A stretch of DNA of 64,000 nt, taken from the IMG/VR virus record IMGVR_UViG_2974696732_000001. One strand, 5' to 3'. This DNA is from a virus. Its lineage: Duplodnaviria > Heunggongvirae > Uroviricota > Caudoviricetes. Below, in pieces: positions 9,642 through 19,024 of this stretch (position 1 is its first letter; each line of letters opens with the position of its first letter). The position numbers were made by a program, and so were the translations under genes. The notes beneath the pieces are model-generated. The model saw nothing but the letters and a program-made list of their open reading frames with translations. It was not told the origin of the DNA and did no database searches.

Positions 9642-11462
9642 TTGTCTACTGATTTCACTGAGTTCTTCAATGCATTGTCTGACGATGACTTTGAGGAAAT
9701 TCCAGTTGATATTGAAGTCTTCGTGCAGAGCGAAGACTATCTTGGTATGCCTCATTTGTCTGAGTATCAGTACCAGCTTATTCGGGCATCAAGCCAGATT
9801 TACAAGCAGAGCACTCTGTACAACCTCTATGATGCCGAACGTGCAGAAAAGCGTTGGCGAGAAACATGCAATGAGGTAATTGCCTGTCTTGGTAAGGGAA
9901 GTGGTAAGGACTTTACTTCCACCATCGCTTGTGCGTATATCGTTTATCTCTTGCTGTGTCTACGTAATCCAGCAAAGTATTTTGGAAAGCCTGCTGGAGA
10001 CTCCATTGACATTCTCAACATTGCTATCAACGCAGCACAGGCTAACAACGTCTTCTTCAAGGGCTTCAAGAGCCGTATCGAAGGCTCTCCCTGGTTTGTA
10101 GGAAAATTCACCACGAAAGCAGGCCACATCGCTTTCGACAAAAACATCAACGTCTACTCAGGCCACTCAGAGCGTGAAGCTTGGGAAGGCTATAACCTCA
10201 TCTACTGCGTGCTTGACGAGATTTCTGGTTTTGCGCTAGACTCCACATCAGGTAACGAGCAGGCCAAGACCGCTGATGCTGTCTACAAGATGTATCGAGC
10301 ATCTGTTGACTCTCGATTCCCAGCAGAAGGAAAGGTAGTTCTTCTATCATTCCCTCGCTTCAAGAATGACTTTATCTCTCAGAGATATAACGCGGTAGTT
10401 GCAGAAAAGGAAGTAGTCGAGCGCAGCCATGTATTCAAGCTTGACCCTGAACTTCCTGACGAAATTGAGGAAAACAAGTTCACAATTAAGTGGGAAGAAG
10501 ACCATATCATCTCTTACCACGTTCCTCGCGTCTTTGCACTAAAGCGTCCTACTTGGGAAGTAAACCCAACAAGAGAGATTACAGACTTCACGACTGCATT
10601 CTTTACAGACCCAATCGACGCACTGTCACGATTTGCCTGTATGCCACCTGATGCAATTGACGCCTTCTTCAAGGACAAGGAGAAGGTTGAGGCGGCATTT
10701 GTAAAGCCAAATGGTGTAGACGAAGATGGCTCTTATCGTGCAGACTTTACACCAAAGGAAGGTGTGCGCTACTATGTACACGTAGACCTTGCGCAGAAGC
10801 ACGACCACTGTGCTGTAGCACTTGCGCATGTTGAAAAGTTTGTGCAGAAAAAAATTGGTGGTCAGCTTAATGAGGTGCTTCCTTATGTAGTCGTTGATGC
10901 TGTCCGATGGTGGACACCAAAGCCCGGCAAGGATGTTGACTTTGCCGATGTAAGAGACTATATTACAGGATTGAAGCGCAGAGGTTTTGACCTCCGCCTT
11001 GTTACCTTTGACCGCTGGAACTCTAATGACCAGATGAAGTATCTGCGAGGAGTCGGTATTAATTCCGAGGTTCTTTCAGTGGCAAAGAAACACTATGAAG
11101 ACTTGAGCTGGGTAGTTTATGACCAAAGACTTATTGGTCCAGATGTCCCACTTCTCAAGAAGGAGCTGTTGGCACTACGTATCATGCCAAATGACAAGAT
11201 TGACCACCCTAGAACGGGGTCAAAGGACTTGGCTGACGCTACGTGTGGAGCAGTTCACAATGCAATCACCTATACTCCACGAGATGACTTTGCTACCATT
11301 GAGGTACAAACATACGAGTCAATCCGAAGGGCTGAAATCCAGGCCCAGAAGGAGGAGCTTGACATGGCTCGTGAACGTGATAATGTGATTGAAGCACCAC
11401 GTGAGCAACGAGTGATGCCAGATGAGCTTCACGAATATCTCACGAAACTTGAAGTAATCTGA
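9642..11462 (+). CDS. terL: terminase large subunit
   Basis: Walker A LGKGSGKD, an ATPase followed by an RNaseH-like nuclease half, 606 aa. Confidence 0.8.
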   Translation: MSTDFTEFFNALSDDDFEEIPVDIEVFVQSEDYLGMPHLSEYQYQLIRASSQIYKQSTLYNLYDAERAEKRWRETCNEVIACLGKGSGKDFTSTIACAYIVYLLLCLRNPAKYFGKPAGDSIDILNIAINAAQANNVFFKGFKSRIEGSPWFVGKFTTKAGHIAFDKNINVYSGHSEREAWEGYNLIYCVLDEISGFALDSTSGNEQAKTADAVYKMYRASVDSRFPAEGKVVLLSFPRFKNDFISQRYNAVVAEKEVVERSHVFKLDPELPDEIEENKFTIKWEEDHIISYHVPRVFALKRPTWEVNPTREITDFTTAFFTDPIDALSRFACMPPDAIDAFFKDKEKVEAAFVKPNGVDEDGSYRADFTPKEGVRYYVHVDLAQKHDHCAVALAHVEKFVQKKIGGQLNEVLPYVVVDAVRWWTPKPGKDVDFADVRDYITGLKRRGFDLRLVTFDRWNSNDQMKYLRGVGINSEVLSVAKKHYEDLSWVVYDQRLIGPDVPLLKKELLALRIMPNDKIDHPRTGSKDLADATCGAVHNAITYTPRDDFATIEVQTYESIRRAEIQAQKEELDMARERDNVIEAPREQRVMPDELHEYLTKLEVI

Positions 11463-11470
11463 CAGAAAGG

Positions 11471-12013
11471 GTGTATGCCATGCCCGGTTTAAGGAAGCCA
11501 AAGAACATCTCTCGCAAGGAAATCGGTGATTTGCTTGCTGCACGAGATGGCTTCATTTGCCAGTACCCAGGCTGTGACCTTCCGTTCACGAAGGATAACG
11601 GACCTACCATCGACCACTGGATTCCATTGAGCGGTGGAGGTACATGGGACCTTGACAACTTGAAGTTGATGCACAAGAAGTGTAACTCTGCCAAGGGTGA
11701 CAAGCTGCCGCTTGACGACGGTACGTTGCCTGTGGTACCAAAGAAGGAGAGGGTCAGCCGAGCTGTAAAGCGGAGCGAGCGTCCCGAAGTTTGTGAGCGC
11801 TGTCAGTCTGGCAGAATGCTCGGACCAGACGAGGAATGTGACCAATGTGGTAGCGGTCCTATGCCACCACGTTATCCTCAATGGGCTAAGATGAAGCCGA
11901 ACGATTGTACGCACGAAGGCATCTGGTGGTGCTGGTGCTGCATGAGCGGTGTAGTTGACAGAGTGCCCGCTTCTAGGATAGTGTTTGATGGAGGAGAGCC
12001 GGGGATAGACTAG
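11471..12013 (+). CDS. HNH endonuclease
   Basis: DHWIPLSGGGTWDLDNLKLMHKKCN. Confidence 0.75.
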   Translation: MYAMPGLRKPKNISRKEIGDLLAARDGFICQYPGCDLPFTKDNGPTIDHWIPLSGGGTWDLDNLKLMHKKCNSAKGDKLPLDDGTLPVVPKKERVSRAVKRSERPEVCERCQSGRMLGPDEECDQCGSGPMPPRYPQWAKMKPNDCTHEGIWWCWCCMSGVVDRVPASRIVFDGGEPGID

Positions 12014-12038
12014 TCCCCGGCACGATAAAGGAGTCAGA

Positions 12039-12290
12039 ATGCGTTACGAGGGCATTATTGAAGAGTATGAAAACCTTCGTGAAAAGTGTTACAGAGCCAT
12101 CAAGCGTGGCGACAGAAAGTTGCTCGGTAGTGATTATTGGCTTCGGGCAGCGATTCAGGAAACTGATATCCAGATGATTGTCCACGACAACGGTATCGAG
12201 TGCTATGGCTCTTGTTATACCATGCAGACGATGGATACTGAACACTTCAGCATTCTGATTCCTTTCTCAGAATTGGAGAGTAATGACTGA
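12039..12290 (+). CDS. hypothetical protein
   Basis: 83-aa ORF. Confidence 0.45.
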   Translation: MRYEGIIEEYENLREKCYRAIKRGDRKLLGSDYWLRAAIQETDIQMIVHDNGIECYGSCYTMQTMDTEHFSILIPFSELESND

Positions 12291-12894
12291 CGTAGATGTA
12301 GATATCGTTCTTATCGTTGACCGCTCTGGTAGCATGTCACGCATCAAGGACGAGGCAGAAGGTGCCCTCAACAGGTTCCTTGAGGACCAGAAGAATGTTG
12401 AAGGCGACGTTTTTGTCACCTACGTGCAGTTTGATGATGTATATGAGACCAAGTTCGAGAAGGTTGGTCTTGCCAATGCGGCTGGTACAGTAAGTATTGA
12501 GCCACGCGGCATGACTGCCCTTCTCGACGCAATCGGTAAGACCGTAGTAAACTATGTACCACAGACAAAGAAGACAATCTATGTCATCATGACTGATGGC
12601 CTGGAAAATGCTTCAAAGGAGTGGACTGTAGAGACGGTCAACCGACTCATTACTGAGTCAAAGCAGCACGGTGACGAGTTTGTCTATCTTGGTGCCAATC
12701 AGGATGCTATTGCGGTAGGGTCTAAGCTGGGAATCCCTGTGGCTTCCAGCCTTACCTTCGCCGCAGACAAGGCAGGACTTGACGCGGTATCAAGAAGTAT
12801 GACAAGCTATGTAACAGCTACTCGCTCTGGTCTGGCCTACGAGTTCACGGACGAAGACCGCAAGAACGCAACGGGCTTGACAGACGGCGAGTGA
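12283..12894 (+). CDS. von Willebrand factor A domain protein
   Basis: MIDAS motif VDRSGSMS, then T and D sites later. Confidence 0.7.
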   Translation: MTDVDVDIVLIVDRSGSMSRIKDEAEGALNRFLEDQKNVEGDVFVTYVQFDDVYETKFEKVGLANAAGTVSIEPRGMTALLDAIGKTVVNYVPQTKKTIYVIMTDGLENASKEWTVETVNRLITESKQHGDEFVYLGANQDAIAVGSKLGIPVASSLTFAADKAGLDAVSRSMTSYVTATRSGLAYEFTDEDRKNATGLTDGE

Positions 12895-12912
12895 GCTGAT
12901 AAAGTAGTAAAT

Positions 12913-12999
12913 GTGGGTCGAAAGAGACATCGGTTATCTTTCAATAATGGTGAATACGCTCCGATAGGGGCTCTCCGATTCTCACCAACTTATCCACAC
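12913..12999 (+). ncRNA. noncanonical tRNA-like element (family A: GTGGGTCGAAAGAG..CGGTTATC..tail CTCACCAACTTATCCACAC)
   Basis: 5'/3' long-range complementarity TGTGG-GTCGAAAGAG with CTCTCCGA..CCACA. It does not fold as a tRNA. Sits directly upstream of tRNA-Gly. Confidence 0.3.
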
Positions 13000-13002
13000 T
13001 CT

Positions 13003-13073
13003 GCATCGGTAGTTTAATGGTAGAACGTCTGACTTCCAATCAGACAGCGCGGGTTCGATTCCCGCTCGGTGCT
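13003..13073 (+). tRNA. tRNA-Gly(TCC)
   Basis: Acceptor GCATCGG/TCGGTGC, anticodon loop CTTCCAA, T-arm GCGGGTTCGATTCCCGC. Confidence 0.8.
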
Positions 13074-13080
13074 CTCTCAT

Positions 13081-13154
13081 TCCCCCGTGGTCCGTGTGGC
13101 TGGCCACTGAGACTCTGAATCTCAGGTACGTAGGTTCGACTCCTGCCGGGGGAG
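13081..13154 (+). tRNA. tRNA-Gln(CTG)
   Basis: Acceptor TCCCCCG/CGGGGGA, anticodon loop CTCTGAA, T-arm GTAGGTTCGACTCCTGC. Confidence 0.7.
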
Positions 13155-13242
13155 CTGTGAAGGTGAGCAGGTCGCAATACTAGTTAGTGTAATCGCCCCC
13201 TGCGTAAATAAATGGGGTCGTTCATAATCTCCTTCACTTCAT

Positions 13243-13315
13243 GCATCCTTAGTGTAATGGTTTAGCACACGAGCTTCCAAACCTCTTAGAGTGGGTTCGA
13301 TTCCTACAGGATGTG
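13243..13315 (+). tRNA. tRNA (anticodon CCA, Trp?)
   Basis: Acceptor, D and T arms fold. The anticodon stem is weak, loop TTCCAAA. Confidence 0.5.
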
Positions 13316-13516
13316 CTTTGACGAATCTCGCCTTAGCAGATTGAAAAATGGTGGTCAGCATAAACCATTGAGTAAATCCGAGAGAACTATCAAAAGACAA
13401 AGGCCATGCTGAGGTCTGTCGAGTAGAGAAGTAGGGGATAAGGTCCCGAATGGCGTCAAAACCAATTAAAATAGCCCCCGGCAATGTCCGGGGGCACAAT
13501 CATATCTGGAGGAAAT

Positions 13517-13969
13517 GTGGGATACTACACTGACTTTACGCTAAGTGCTGAGGGTCGTGGCCCAATCTACGATAAGATGATGAAGCAGAAGGATAAGATT
13601 GTTTTCTCACAGGGAGACTACGATTTCATCCTCGGAGAGTGGCTTGACAGAGGCTACTCCCAGAACCTAAAGTGGTATGACTGGGAGAAGGACATGAAGC
13701 AGCTTTCCCGCGAATGGCCAAACGTTCTCTTTATCCTTGAGGGTGATGGAGAAGAGACCGGTGACCTCTGGAAGGCATGGTTCCGAAATGGAGAAATGCA
13801 CAAGCTAGAGGCCAAGATTGTCTTTGAGACAATCAAGCCTGACCTAGACAAGCACCTTCCATACGACAAAGACCTTGACAAGCGTCTGGGTGAACAGTAC
13901 AAGAAGGAACTTGCAGCCGAAATCGCCAAGCTACAGGCTCAGCTTGACGAACTAAGCCAGGAGGAGTAA
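13517..13969 (+). CDS. hypothetical protein
   Basis: ORF 13484.. trimmed to GTG 13517 with a GGAGGA RBS. The ATG at 13484 lies inside a hairpin. Confidence 0.45.
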   Translation: MGYYTDFTLSAEGRGPIYDKMMKQKDKIVFSQGDYDFILGEWLDRGYSQNLKWYDWEKDMKQLSREWPNVLFILEGDGEETGDLWKAWFRNGEMHKLEAKIVFETIKPDLDKHLPYDKDLDKRLGEQYKKELAAEIAKLQAQLDELSQEE

Positions 13970-14128
13970 AGTGGCTCTTACAGGCAACAAAGGACAGTGT
14001 TGGTTCCAAAGATGTTCTCGTAAGGCGACGACGACAATCAGGTACTACAACAAGTCAGTCGTTGTCTGTGATGGACACAAGAACCTTGATGGTGTAGGCT
14101 GTCCATCAAGTAGGCGGAGACCAAAGAG

Positions 14129-14157
14129 TTGACACTACTCAGAGGGTCTGCTAAGAT
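14129..14157 (+). promoter_or_regulatory. sigma70-like promoter TTGACA-N17-TAAGAT
   Basis: Upstream of the tRNA block at 14185. Confidence 0.5.
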
Positions 14158-14184
14158 TAAGTACAACGGCAGGGAAACCTGCTA

Positions 14185-14257
14185 TCAGGCACGGGGAAGA
14201 TGGTAATCCGTTGGCTTTGGAAGCCTAAGAAACTCGGTTCGATTCCGAGGTGCCTGA
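14185..14257 (+). tRNA. tRNA-like (TGG loop, imperfect stems; possible degenerate Pro copy)
   Basis: Acceptor TCAGGCA/TGCCTGA perfect, T-arm CTCGGTTCGATTCCGAG. The D and anticodon stems are imperfect. Confidence 0.45.
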
Positions 14258-14261
14258 CTTC

Positions 14262-14336
14262 CGGGATATAGCTCAGCTTGGTCAGAGCGCTGCATTTGGG
14301 ATGCAGAAGTCGCTGGTTCGAATCCAGTTATCCCGA
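14262..14336 (+). tRNA. tRNA-Pro(TGG)
   Basis: Acceptor CGGGATA/TATCCCG, anticodon stem CTGCA/TGCAG with loop TTTGGGA, T-loop TTCGAAT. Confidence 0.8.
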
Positions 14337-14338
14337 CT

Positions 14339-14416
14339 AGCCCCATAGGATAATGACTAATCCGCCTGTACGTGGAGTACAGGTAATACCGGTTAAATTC
14401 CGGACTAGGGGCTCCA
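14339..14416 (+). ncRNA. tRNA-like element with atypical T-loop (TTAAATT) and encoded CCA
   Basis: Acceptor-like AGCCCC/GGGGCT-CCA, hairpins CCTGTAC..GTACAGG and CCGG-TTAAATT-CCGG. Confidence 0.3.
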
Positions 14417-14421
14417 AACTT

Positions 14422-14485
14422 TTGGGTCGATTGAGACACGGTTATCTTACACAATGGATACTAGGTTCGATTCCTAGGGGTGCCG
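14422..14485 (+). ncRNA. noncanonical tRNA-like element (family member B)
   Basis: GGGTCGATTGAGACACGGTTATCTT plus a perfect T-arm CTAGGTTCGATTCCTAG, with no matching acceptor. A tail motif lies at 14546-14570. Confidence 0.3.
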
Positions 14486-14584
14486 TAAAAAGCGCTCTGT
14501 AAAGTCATCTCAGATGTGTGTGGTAGGATGACATAAGGTACTACACTCTCTCCGTTCTCGCCACTTACCTAAAGGAACTTTCTT

Positions 14585-15106
14585 ATGACGGTACTTCTAC
14601 GGACAATCCACGGAAGCCATCTGTATGGCCTTGCGCACGCAGGTTCAGACCGAGACATTTACGAAGTAATTGCCACGAAGCGAACCAAGCGAAAGCGCAA
14701 CATTAAGCAGACCATCGTGAATGGAGTTGACAAGACGGTCGTTGACCTCTCAACATTCATGCATATGGTTAATGAATGCGTACCTCAAGCACTTGAAGCG
14801 CTATGGACGCCGGTAGCGGAAGTTGATAAACTTCACGAATTCCGGACACAATATCGAGTGAATCGCGCCAAGATGAAGGAAGTATACATTCGAACCGCTC
14901 TGAACTTCGCCAAGAACGATGGAGTAAAGCAAAAGCGTCACGCTATTCGCCTGCTTCTCAATCTCGGTGCAGCTCTGGAGTATGGTAAATTCAATCCCCA
15001 GCTTTCCAATATGGACAAGTTCATCATAAACTCTTCCATGGGTGAAACTGGAGCATACGAGGATGTCTTCCTAGGCGTCCTTGATGAAGTACAAAAGTGG
15101 GTCTGA
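14585..15106 (+). CDS. putative minimal nucleotidyltransferase (Pol-beta superfamily-like)
   Basis: HGSHLYGLAHAGSDRDIY resembles the GS-x9-13-D-x-D NTase motif. Confidence 0.4.
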   Translation: MTVLLRTIHGSHLYGLAHAGSDRDIYEVIATKRTKRKRNIKQTIVNGVDKTVVDLSTFMHMVNECVPQALEALWTPVAEVDKLHEFRTQYRVNRAKMKEVYIRTALNFAKNDGVKQKRHAIRLLLNLGAALEYGKFNPQLSNMDKFIINSSMGETGAYEDVFLGVLDEVQKWV

Positions 15107-15200
15107 TGGCTCACGCCAATGGGGCGTATACCCTCACTCTGATAAAGTGTAGAAAGGTTAATCGGTTACATGTGGGTTCAATTCCCACCGTCCCAACTGG
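15097..15200 (+). ncRNA. noncanonical tRNA-like element (family member)
   Basis: GTGGGTCTGA..AATCGGTTACA..T-arm GTGGGTTCAATTCCCAC. Overlaps the stop of the upstream gene. Confidence 0.3.
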
Positions 15201-15235
15201 CTCTCATTGGAGGGCAATCCTAGAAACCTAAAACA

Positions 15236-17053
15236 ATGGTAGATTTCGACAAGAGACATTCCAAAGAACTTGTGAAACGCCCTGACACAGACCTGGATAC
15301 TTCCAGGTCTTTTCGGTCTTCCGGTCAGGGTGTATTTTCGCATGTCCGGAAGGGTGTCAAAATAACGAGTAAAGCCATTCTGGATTGGGTCTACCTGAAT
15401 GACTATAAGGAAGAGATTGCAAAGGCGCGAAGCGAAGGCAATCTAGAAAAGGCCCGGAAGTTGAAGATAGAGCAGGAAAAGCGTAGCGAACCAAGGCGCA
15501 AGCGCTTCTACTCTGTCCTTGCTGTACTGATTGCAATAACGGGATGGGCCTATGTCACCTGGCAGATTGTTCCAATAGCTGTCATCCTAGGCACGGTCCT
15601 TGTGGCCATGTGGTTCGTAGGCAGCGGCTTTAAGCCGAAGGACGCCTTCTCTGCCATTACTGGAAATGGTGATGAGCAGGATGACCCCATGGAACCTTTT
15701 CCTATTGCTGACGCTCGCAACAGAGACGAGGCTCAGGAGTGCTTGAGACGAGCACTACTGGCTGAGGGAATCACTCCCAGGGTTATCTTGGAACCAACTC
15801 GTTACAATTGGGGTTGGGAAATCCCAGTAGTATTGAGAAAGGGTACTCCTGATGATGTAATGGCTAAGGCCAAGAAGATGGAAACACTACTAAGACTTCC
15901 TACAGATGGAATGCTAGTAGCTGCTACCAGATTCCGGGCCGAAGTTGTTATCAGACTTATGCAGACTGACCCATTTGCTGATATGGCTCCAGAGCCAAGA
16001 GCAGAACCTTTGTCTCGTTCTATCAAGAACAAGTACAAGATTGCTCAGCGAATGGATGGTTCCCCTCTCGAAATCAGTTTGCTAAGAAATCACGCAGTTG
16101 TTATTGCTGCACCTGGTGGTGGAAAGTCTATGTTCATGCGTAAGCTTGCAGACATCACTACTAGCTGTAGAGACTGTGTAACTTGGGACATTGACCCTGG
16201 TGGCAATGGACTCGAAGTCTTCGGAAGGGCCATCGCAAGACGTGGTAGGACCGAAGAGGAAATTGAAGAAATGCTAACCGAGGCTCTGGAGTACACGAAA
16301 ATTCGTGCAAAGAAGCTGACGAAGCTAGGAATGGGTGACAATTGGCAGCCAACCAAGGACCACCCTGCCCTTATCATCTTCATTGACGAGTTCATTCAGC
16401 TCAACAAGAAGTGCAAGGATTTGGCAATCCAGATTATCCGCAATGGACGTAAGTCTGCTATTACTGTCGTGCTAGCTGCACAGCAGGCCACAAAGGACAC
16501 TCTTGGTGCCGCCATTGCAGATGCAGTCAGCATCAAGGTAATGTTTGCTTCTCGTCACGCTGACGTTCCTCTCGTGTTCGGAGAGGGCATGTTGTCACAG
16601 GGCTGGAGACCTGATAAGCTACATCCAGCATCAGGTGAGGACGTGGAAGACGCTGGTAAGTGCTACATTTTGGGCGGTGGCTCAAGAGAGCCTTACTTGT
16701 ACAAGGTCTTCCCAATCGAACCAGATGAGGCAATCGAGATGGGTGATGAGCGTGAAGCAGAGGGTATGCCCGAGCTTGACACAGACACCTACCTAGATGT
16801 TACAGTGACAGACACAACCGACAAGCGACTGCTTGAGGACGTGCTTGACATCTTTGAGAACTTTGACGAGCATGACTGGCTACCAGCCAGCATCTTGGTC
16901 AAGGAACTCAAGGGCTACGGCCACACCTTGACAGCTCGTCAGTTGCATGAGATTCTAGGGGATACCGGCCGAGAGAGCCGTATTTGGGAAGGGTCCAAGT
17001 ACAAGGTGGCTGGTTACTTCCGAAAGAACATCGAGAAGCAATTGGAGAAGTGA
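15236..17053 (+). CDS. FtsK/SpoIIIE-like membrane P-loop ATPase
   Basis: Two N-terminal TM helices, Walker A AAPGGGKSM and Walker B IIFIDEF. Confidence 0.6.
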   Translation: MVDFDKRHSKELVKRPDTDLDTSRSFRSSGQGVFSHVRKGVKITSKAILDWVYLNDYKEEIAKARSEGNLEKARKLKIEQEKRSEPRRKRFYSVLAVLIAITGWAYVTWQIVPIAVILGTVLVAMWFVGSGFKPKDAFSAITGNGDEQDDPMEPFPIADARNRDEAQECLRRALLAEGITPRVILEPTRYNWGWEIPVVLRKGTPDDVMAKAKKMETLLRLPTDGMLVAATRFRAEVVIRLMQTDPFADMAPEPRAEPLSRSIKNKYKIAQRMDGSPLEISLLRNHAVVIAAPGGGKSMFMRKLADITTSCRDCVTWDIDPGGNGLEVFGRAIARRGRTEEEIEEMLTEALEYTKIRAKKLTKLGMGDNWQPTKDHPALIIFIDEFIQLNKKCKDLAIQIIRNGRKSAITVVLAAQQATKDTLGAAIADAVSIKVMFASRHADVPLVFGEGMLSQGWRPDKLHPASGEDVEDAGKCYILGGGSREPYLYKVFPIEPDEAIEMGDEREAEGMPELDTDTYLDVTVTDTTDKRLLEDVLDIFENFDEHDWLPASILVKELKGYGHTLTARQLHEILGDTGRESRIWEGSKYKVAGYFRKNIEKQLEK

Positions 17054-17054
17054 C

Positions 17055-17273
17055 ATGTGGACAGCGGGTGTAATCTTTTACCTCGCAGTCTGTGCGTACC
17101 TTTGCAAGAAGAAGGGGTGGCAGATTCACTACCTTCTTTGGGGAGCAGTTGGCGGGCTTATGCTTGCTACGCTGGTTCCTAGCTTGCCAGCGCAGACGAA
17201 GCAGACAATGGAAAACATGGGTAACGCTGTGGTCTCCATTGTTCAGAGTGCAGACATCGGTGGGCAGGGTTGA
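17055..17273 (+). CDS. small membrane protein (two TM helices)
   Basis: 72-aa hydrophobic ORF. Confidence 0.45.
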   Translation: MWTAGVIFYLAVCAYLCKKKGWQIHYLLWGAVGGLMLATLVPSLPAQTKQTMENMGNAVVSIVQSADIGGQG

Positions 17274-17298
17274 CAGTAACCCTGCTCCGCTGTAAGAT
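17270..17298 (+). promoter_or_regulatory. sigma70-like promoter TTGACA-N17-TAAGAT
   Basis: Upstream of tRNA-Ile(TAT). Confidence 0.5.
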
Positions 17299-17330
17299 AG
17301 ACTTAAACCTACTCCTTCCGGGGTAGATGA

Positions 17331-17404
17331 GCGCCAGTAGCATAACGGTTCAATGCAGTAGGCTTATATCCTACCGAGAGAAGGTTCAATTCCTTCCTGG
17401 CGTA
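17331..17404 (+). tRNA. tRNA-Ile(TAT)
   Basis: Acceptor GCGCCAG/CTGGCGT, anticodon stem GTAGG/CCTAC with loop CTTATAT, T-arm GAAGGTTCAATTCCTTC. Confidence 0.75.
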
Positions 17405-17407
17405 CTT

Positions 17408-17471
17408 GTGGGTCGAAGATGATTGTTTATCTTCAAATCAGCGTGTTGGGGGTTCGAATCCTCCCTGGGGA
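17408..17471 (+). ncRNA. noncanonical tRNA-like element (family member C; tail to about 17553)
   Basis: GTGGGTCGAAGAT, a 6-bp hairpin GAAGAT/ATCTTC and T-arm GGGGGTTCGAATCCTCC. No acceptor partner. Confidence 0.3.
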
Positions 17472-17579
17472 CTTTATTGTCCTCGGTAACTCAATGGCAG
17501 AGTAGCTGACATTGCCCGAATGGGCTAAACGATTGTCACGCCATATCCACATCATATAACTACTACTTAAGGACAAATA

Positions 17580-17756
17580 GTGGCTGCGCTATCACACGCG
17601 GTTGGTACGAGGGTAAGGGTTACAAACGGTAGCTACCGTAACAAGACCGGCACTGTTGGAGTTCAGGATGGCCACAAGGTTATCTACATCGACAACAACA
17701 GTGGACAGAAGCCGGTTCTGTATGGAGCTAGCGATTCCATGGTTGAAAGGCTGTAA
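17580..17756 (+). CDS. small protein (58 aa), KOW/SH3-like
   Basis: Not in the track. GTG start. GTRVRVTNG..GTVGV pattern, one of several paralogous small ORFs. Confidence 0.35.
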   Translation: MAALSHAVGTRVRVTNGSYRNKTGTVGVQDGHKVIYIDNNSGQKPVLYGASDSMVERL

Positions 17757-17915
17757 ATGGCATACTTTGAGGGCCAGAAGGTTTGGGTAAACGGAGAGCC
17801 TGGTATCTATGTCAGGGATTCTGACAATCCAACCTTGGCAAAGGTAGAAGTACCAGAGGGCTCCGGAAACGTGATGCTCTGTGTAAAGAAGCAAATCAGC
17901 GTTCGGAATGACTGA
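17757..17915 (+). CDS. small protein (52 aa)
   Basis: Not in the track. Ends inside the terminator hairpin. Confidence 0.3.
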   Translation: MAYFEGQKVWVNGEPGIYVRDSDNPTLAKVEVPEGSGNVMLCVKKQISVRND

Positions 17916-17924
17916 ACGCTTTTT
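17898..17924 (+). terminator. rho-independent terminator
   Basis: AGCGTTC-loop-GAACGCT + TTTT. Confidence 0.6.
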
Positions 17925-18009
17925 GGAAAGTAAGCGATTGGCTAGCAGGTATCTTGGAACGGTACCAAGGGTGTTACAGCCCGGCTGGGTTCGATTCCCA
18001 GGCTTTCCG
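17925..18009 (+). tRNA. tRNA-Ser(GGA), type II
   Basis: Anticodon stem GTATC/GGTAC with loop TTGGAAC, long variable arm, T-arm CTGGGTTCGATTCCCAG. Confidence 0.6.
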
Positions 18010-18022
18010 CAGGAGGTGCAAT

Positions 18023-18241
18023 ATGATAATCTGTGGAGACACAGTTGAAGTAAAGCACGACCGTCCAAATGTTGACCCCGCCTATTACGGCAAGCGTGGT
18101 AGGATTCACAAGAGGACTCGTATTCTCGGAAAGCTCGGTGCTGGAGACTACGAAATTATGTTCTTCGAAAGAGAACTCAATCACCCTATCATGGGTGTAA
18201 TGGGTGGCTTCAACGAAGACGACCTGGAAGTTGTACGCTAA
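18023..18241 (+). CDS. small protein (72 aa), KOW-like
   Basis: Track ORF 17954.. overlaps the tRNA-Ser; trimmed to ATG 18023. Confidence 0.45.
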   Translation: MIICGDTVEVKHDRPNVDPAYYGKRGRIHKRTRILGKLGAGDYEIMFFERELNHPIMGVMGGFNEDDLEVVR

Positions 18242-18250
18242 CTTCCCCAT

Positions 18251-18336
18251 GGAGGCACGCATTGGTGGGCTTATCGGTCTTGAAAACCGTGATGGCGTAG
18301 TGATATGCCGTGGGAGTTCGAATCTCTCTGTCTCCG
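18251..18336 (+). tRNA. tRNA-Ser(TGA), type II
   Basis: Acceptor GGAGGCA/TGTCTCC, anticodon loop CTTGAAA, long variable arm, T-loop TTCGAAT. Confidence 0.65.
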
Positions 18337-18344
18337 CTCAAAGA

Positions 18345-18371
18345 CCCGGTACAAAAGTACCGGGCATTTTT
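18345..18371 (+). terminator. rho-independent terminator after tRNA-Ser
   Basis: CCCGGTAC-AAAA-GTACCGGG + CATTTTT. Confidence 0.65.
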
Positions 18372-18385
18372 GTATAGGAGGAAAA

Positions 18386-18598
18386 GTGAATCCAGAAGAG
18401 GAGCTTCGTTTCTACGAGAACTTGAAGCGTGACCTTCCAGACAAGGAGAGGCAGCTCAAGGAAATGGAGAAAAGTATGCGCGGCAAGAAGGGCGACGAAC
18501 TTCTTGCAATTAAGCGCAGGGCAGCTACTCTAGCGATGGAAATTGGTGGCATGAAAAACACCATTAAGGCCATCAAGGGCAAGCGTGGTCTTAAGTGA
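18386..18598 (+). CDS. hypothetical coiled-coil protein
   Basis: Track ORF 18305.. overlaps a tRNA; GTG 18386 with an AGGAGG RBS. Confidence 0.45.
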   Translation: MNPEEELRFYENLKRDLPDKERQLKEMEKSMRGKKGDELLAIKRRAATLAMEIGGMKNTIKAIKGKRGLK

Positions 18599-18987
18599 GC
18601 GCTGTTCTTCTCGGTGTGCTTATGCACTTCATCGGTGACTATCTGATTCAGACGGATTGGATGGCACAGTTGAAGACAAAGAAATGGCTGCCAGCCATCG
18701 TCCACGGTGTCACCTATGGTGTCCCGTTTGTCTTTGTCACCACGTCACTACCGGCTTTGTTTGTCATCATCGTGACACACATTGTCATTGACCATTACCG
18801 CCTAGCACGACATGTCGTCTGGGCAAAGAATCAACTGGCACCAAGGGAATGGCGCTATTCATGGTCTGAGGGAAACCTCACTGGATATCGCAATGACGCC
18901 CCACCTTGGTTGACAACTTGGTTGATGATTATTGCGGACAACACAATCCACATCATCATCAACACTCTGGCCATCCTCTATCTATGA
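18595..18987 (+). CDS. membrane protein
   Basis: 130 aa with several hydrophobic helices and conserved H/D residues. Confidence 0.45.
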   Translation: MSAVLLGVLMHFIGDYLIQTDWMAQLKTKKWLPAIVHGVTYGVPFVFVTTSLPALFVIIVTHIVIDHYRLARHVVWAKNQLAPREWRYSWSEGNLTGYRNDAPPWLTTWLMIIADNTIHIIINTLAILYL

Positions 18988-19024
18988 GGATGGCTTTTTG
19001 TGTTTTCAGTGATAAAATGAATGC

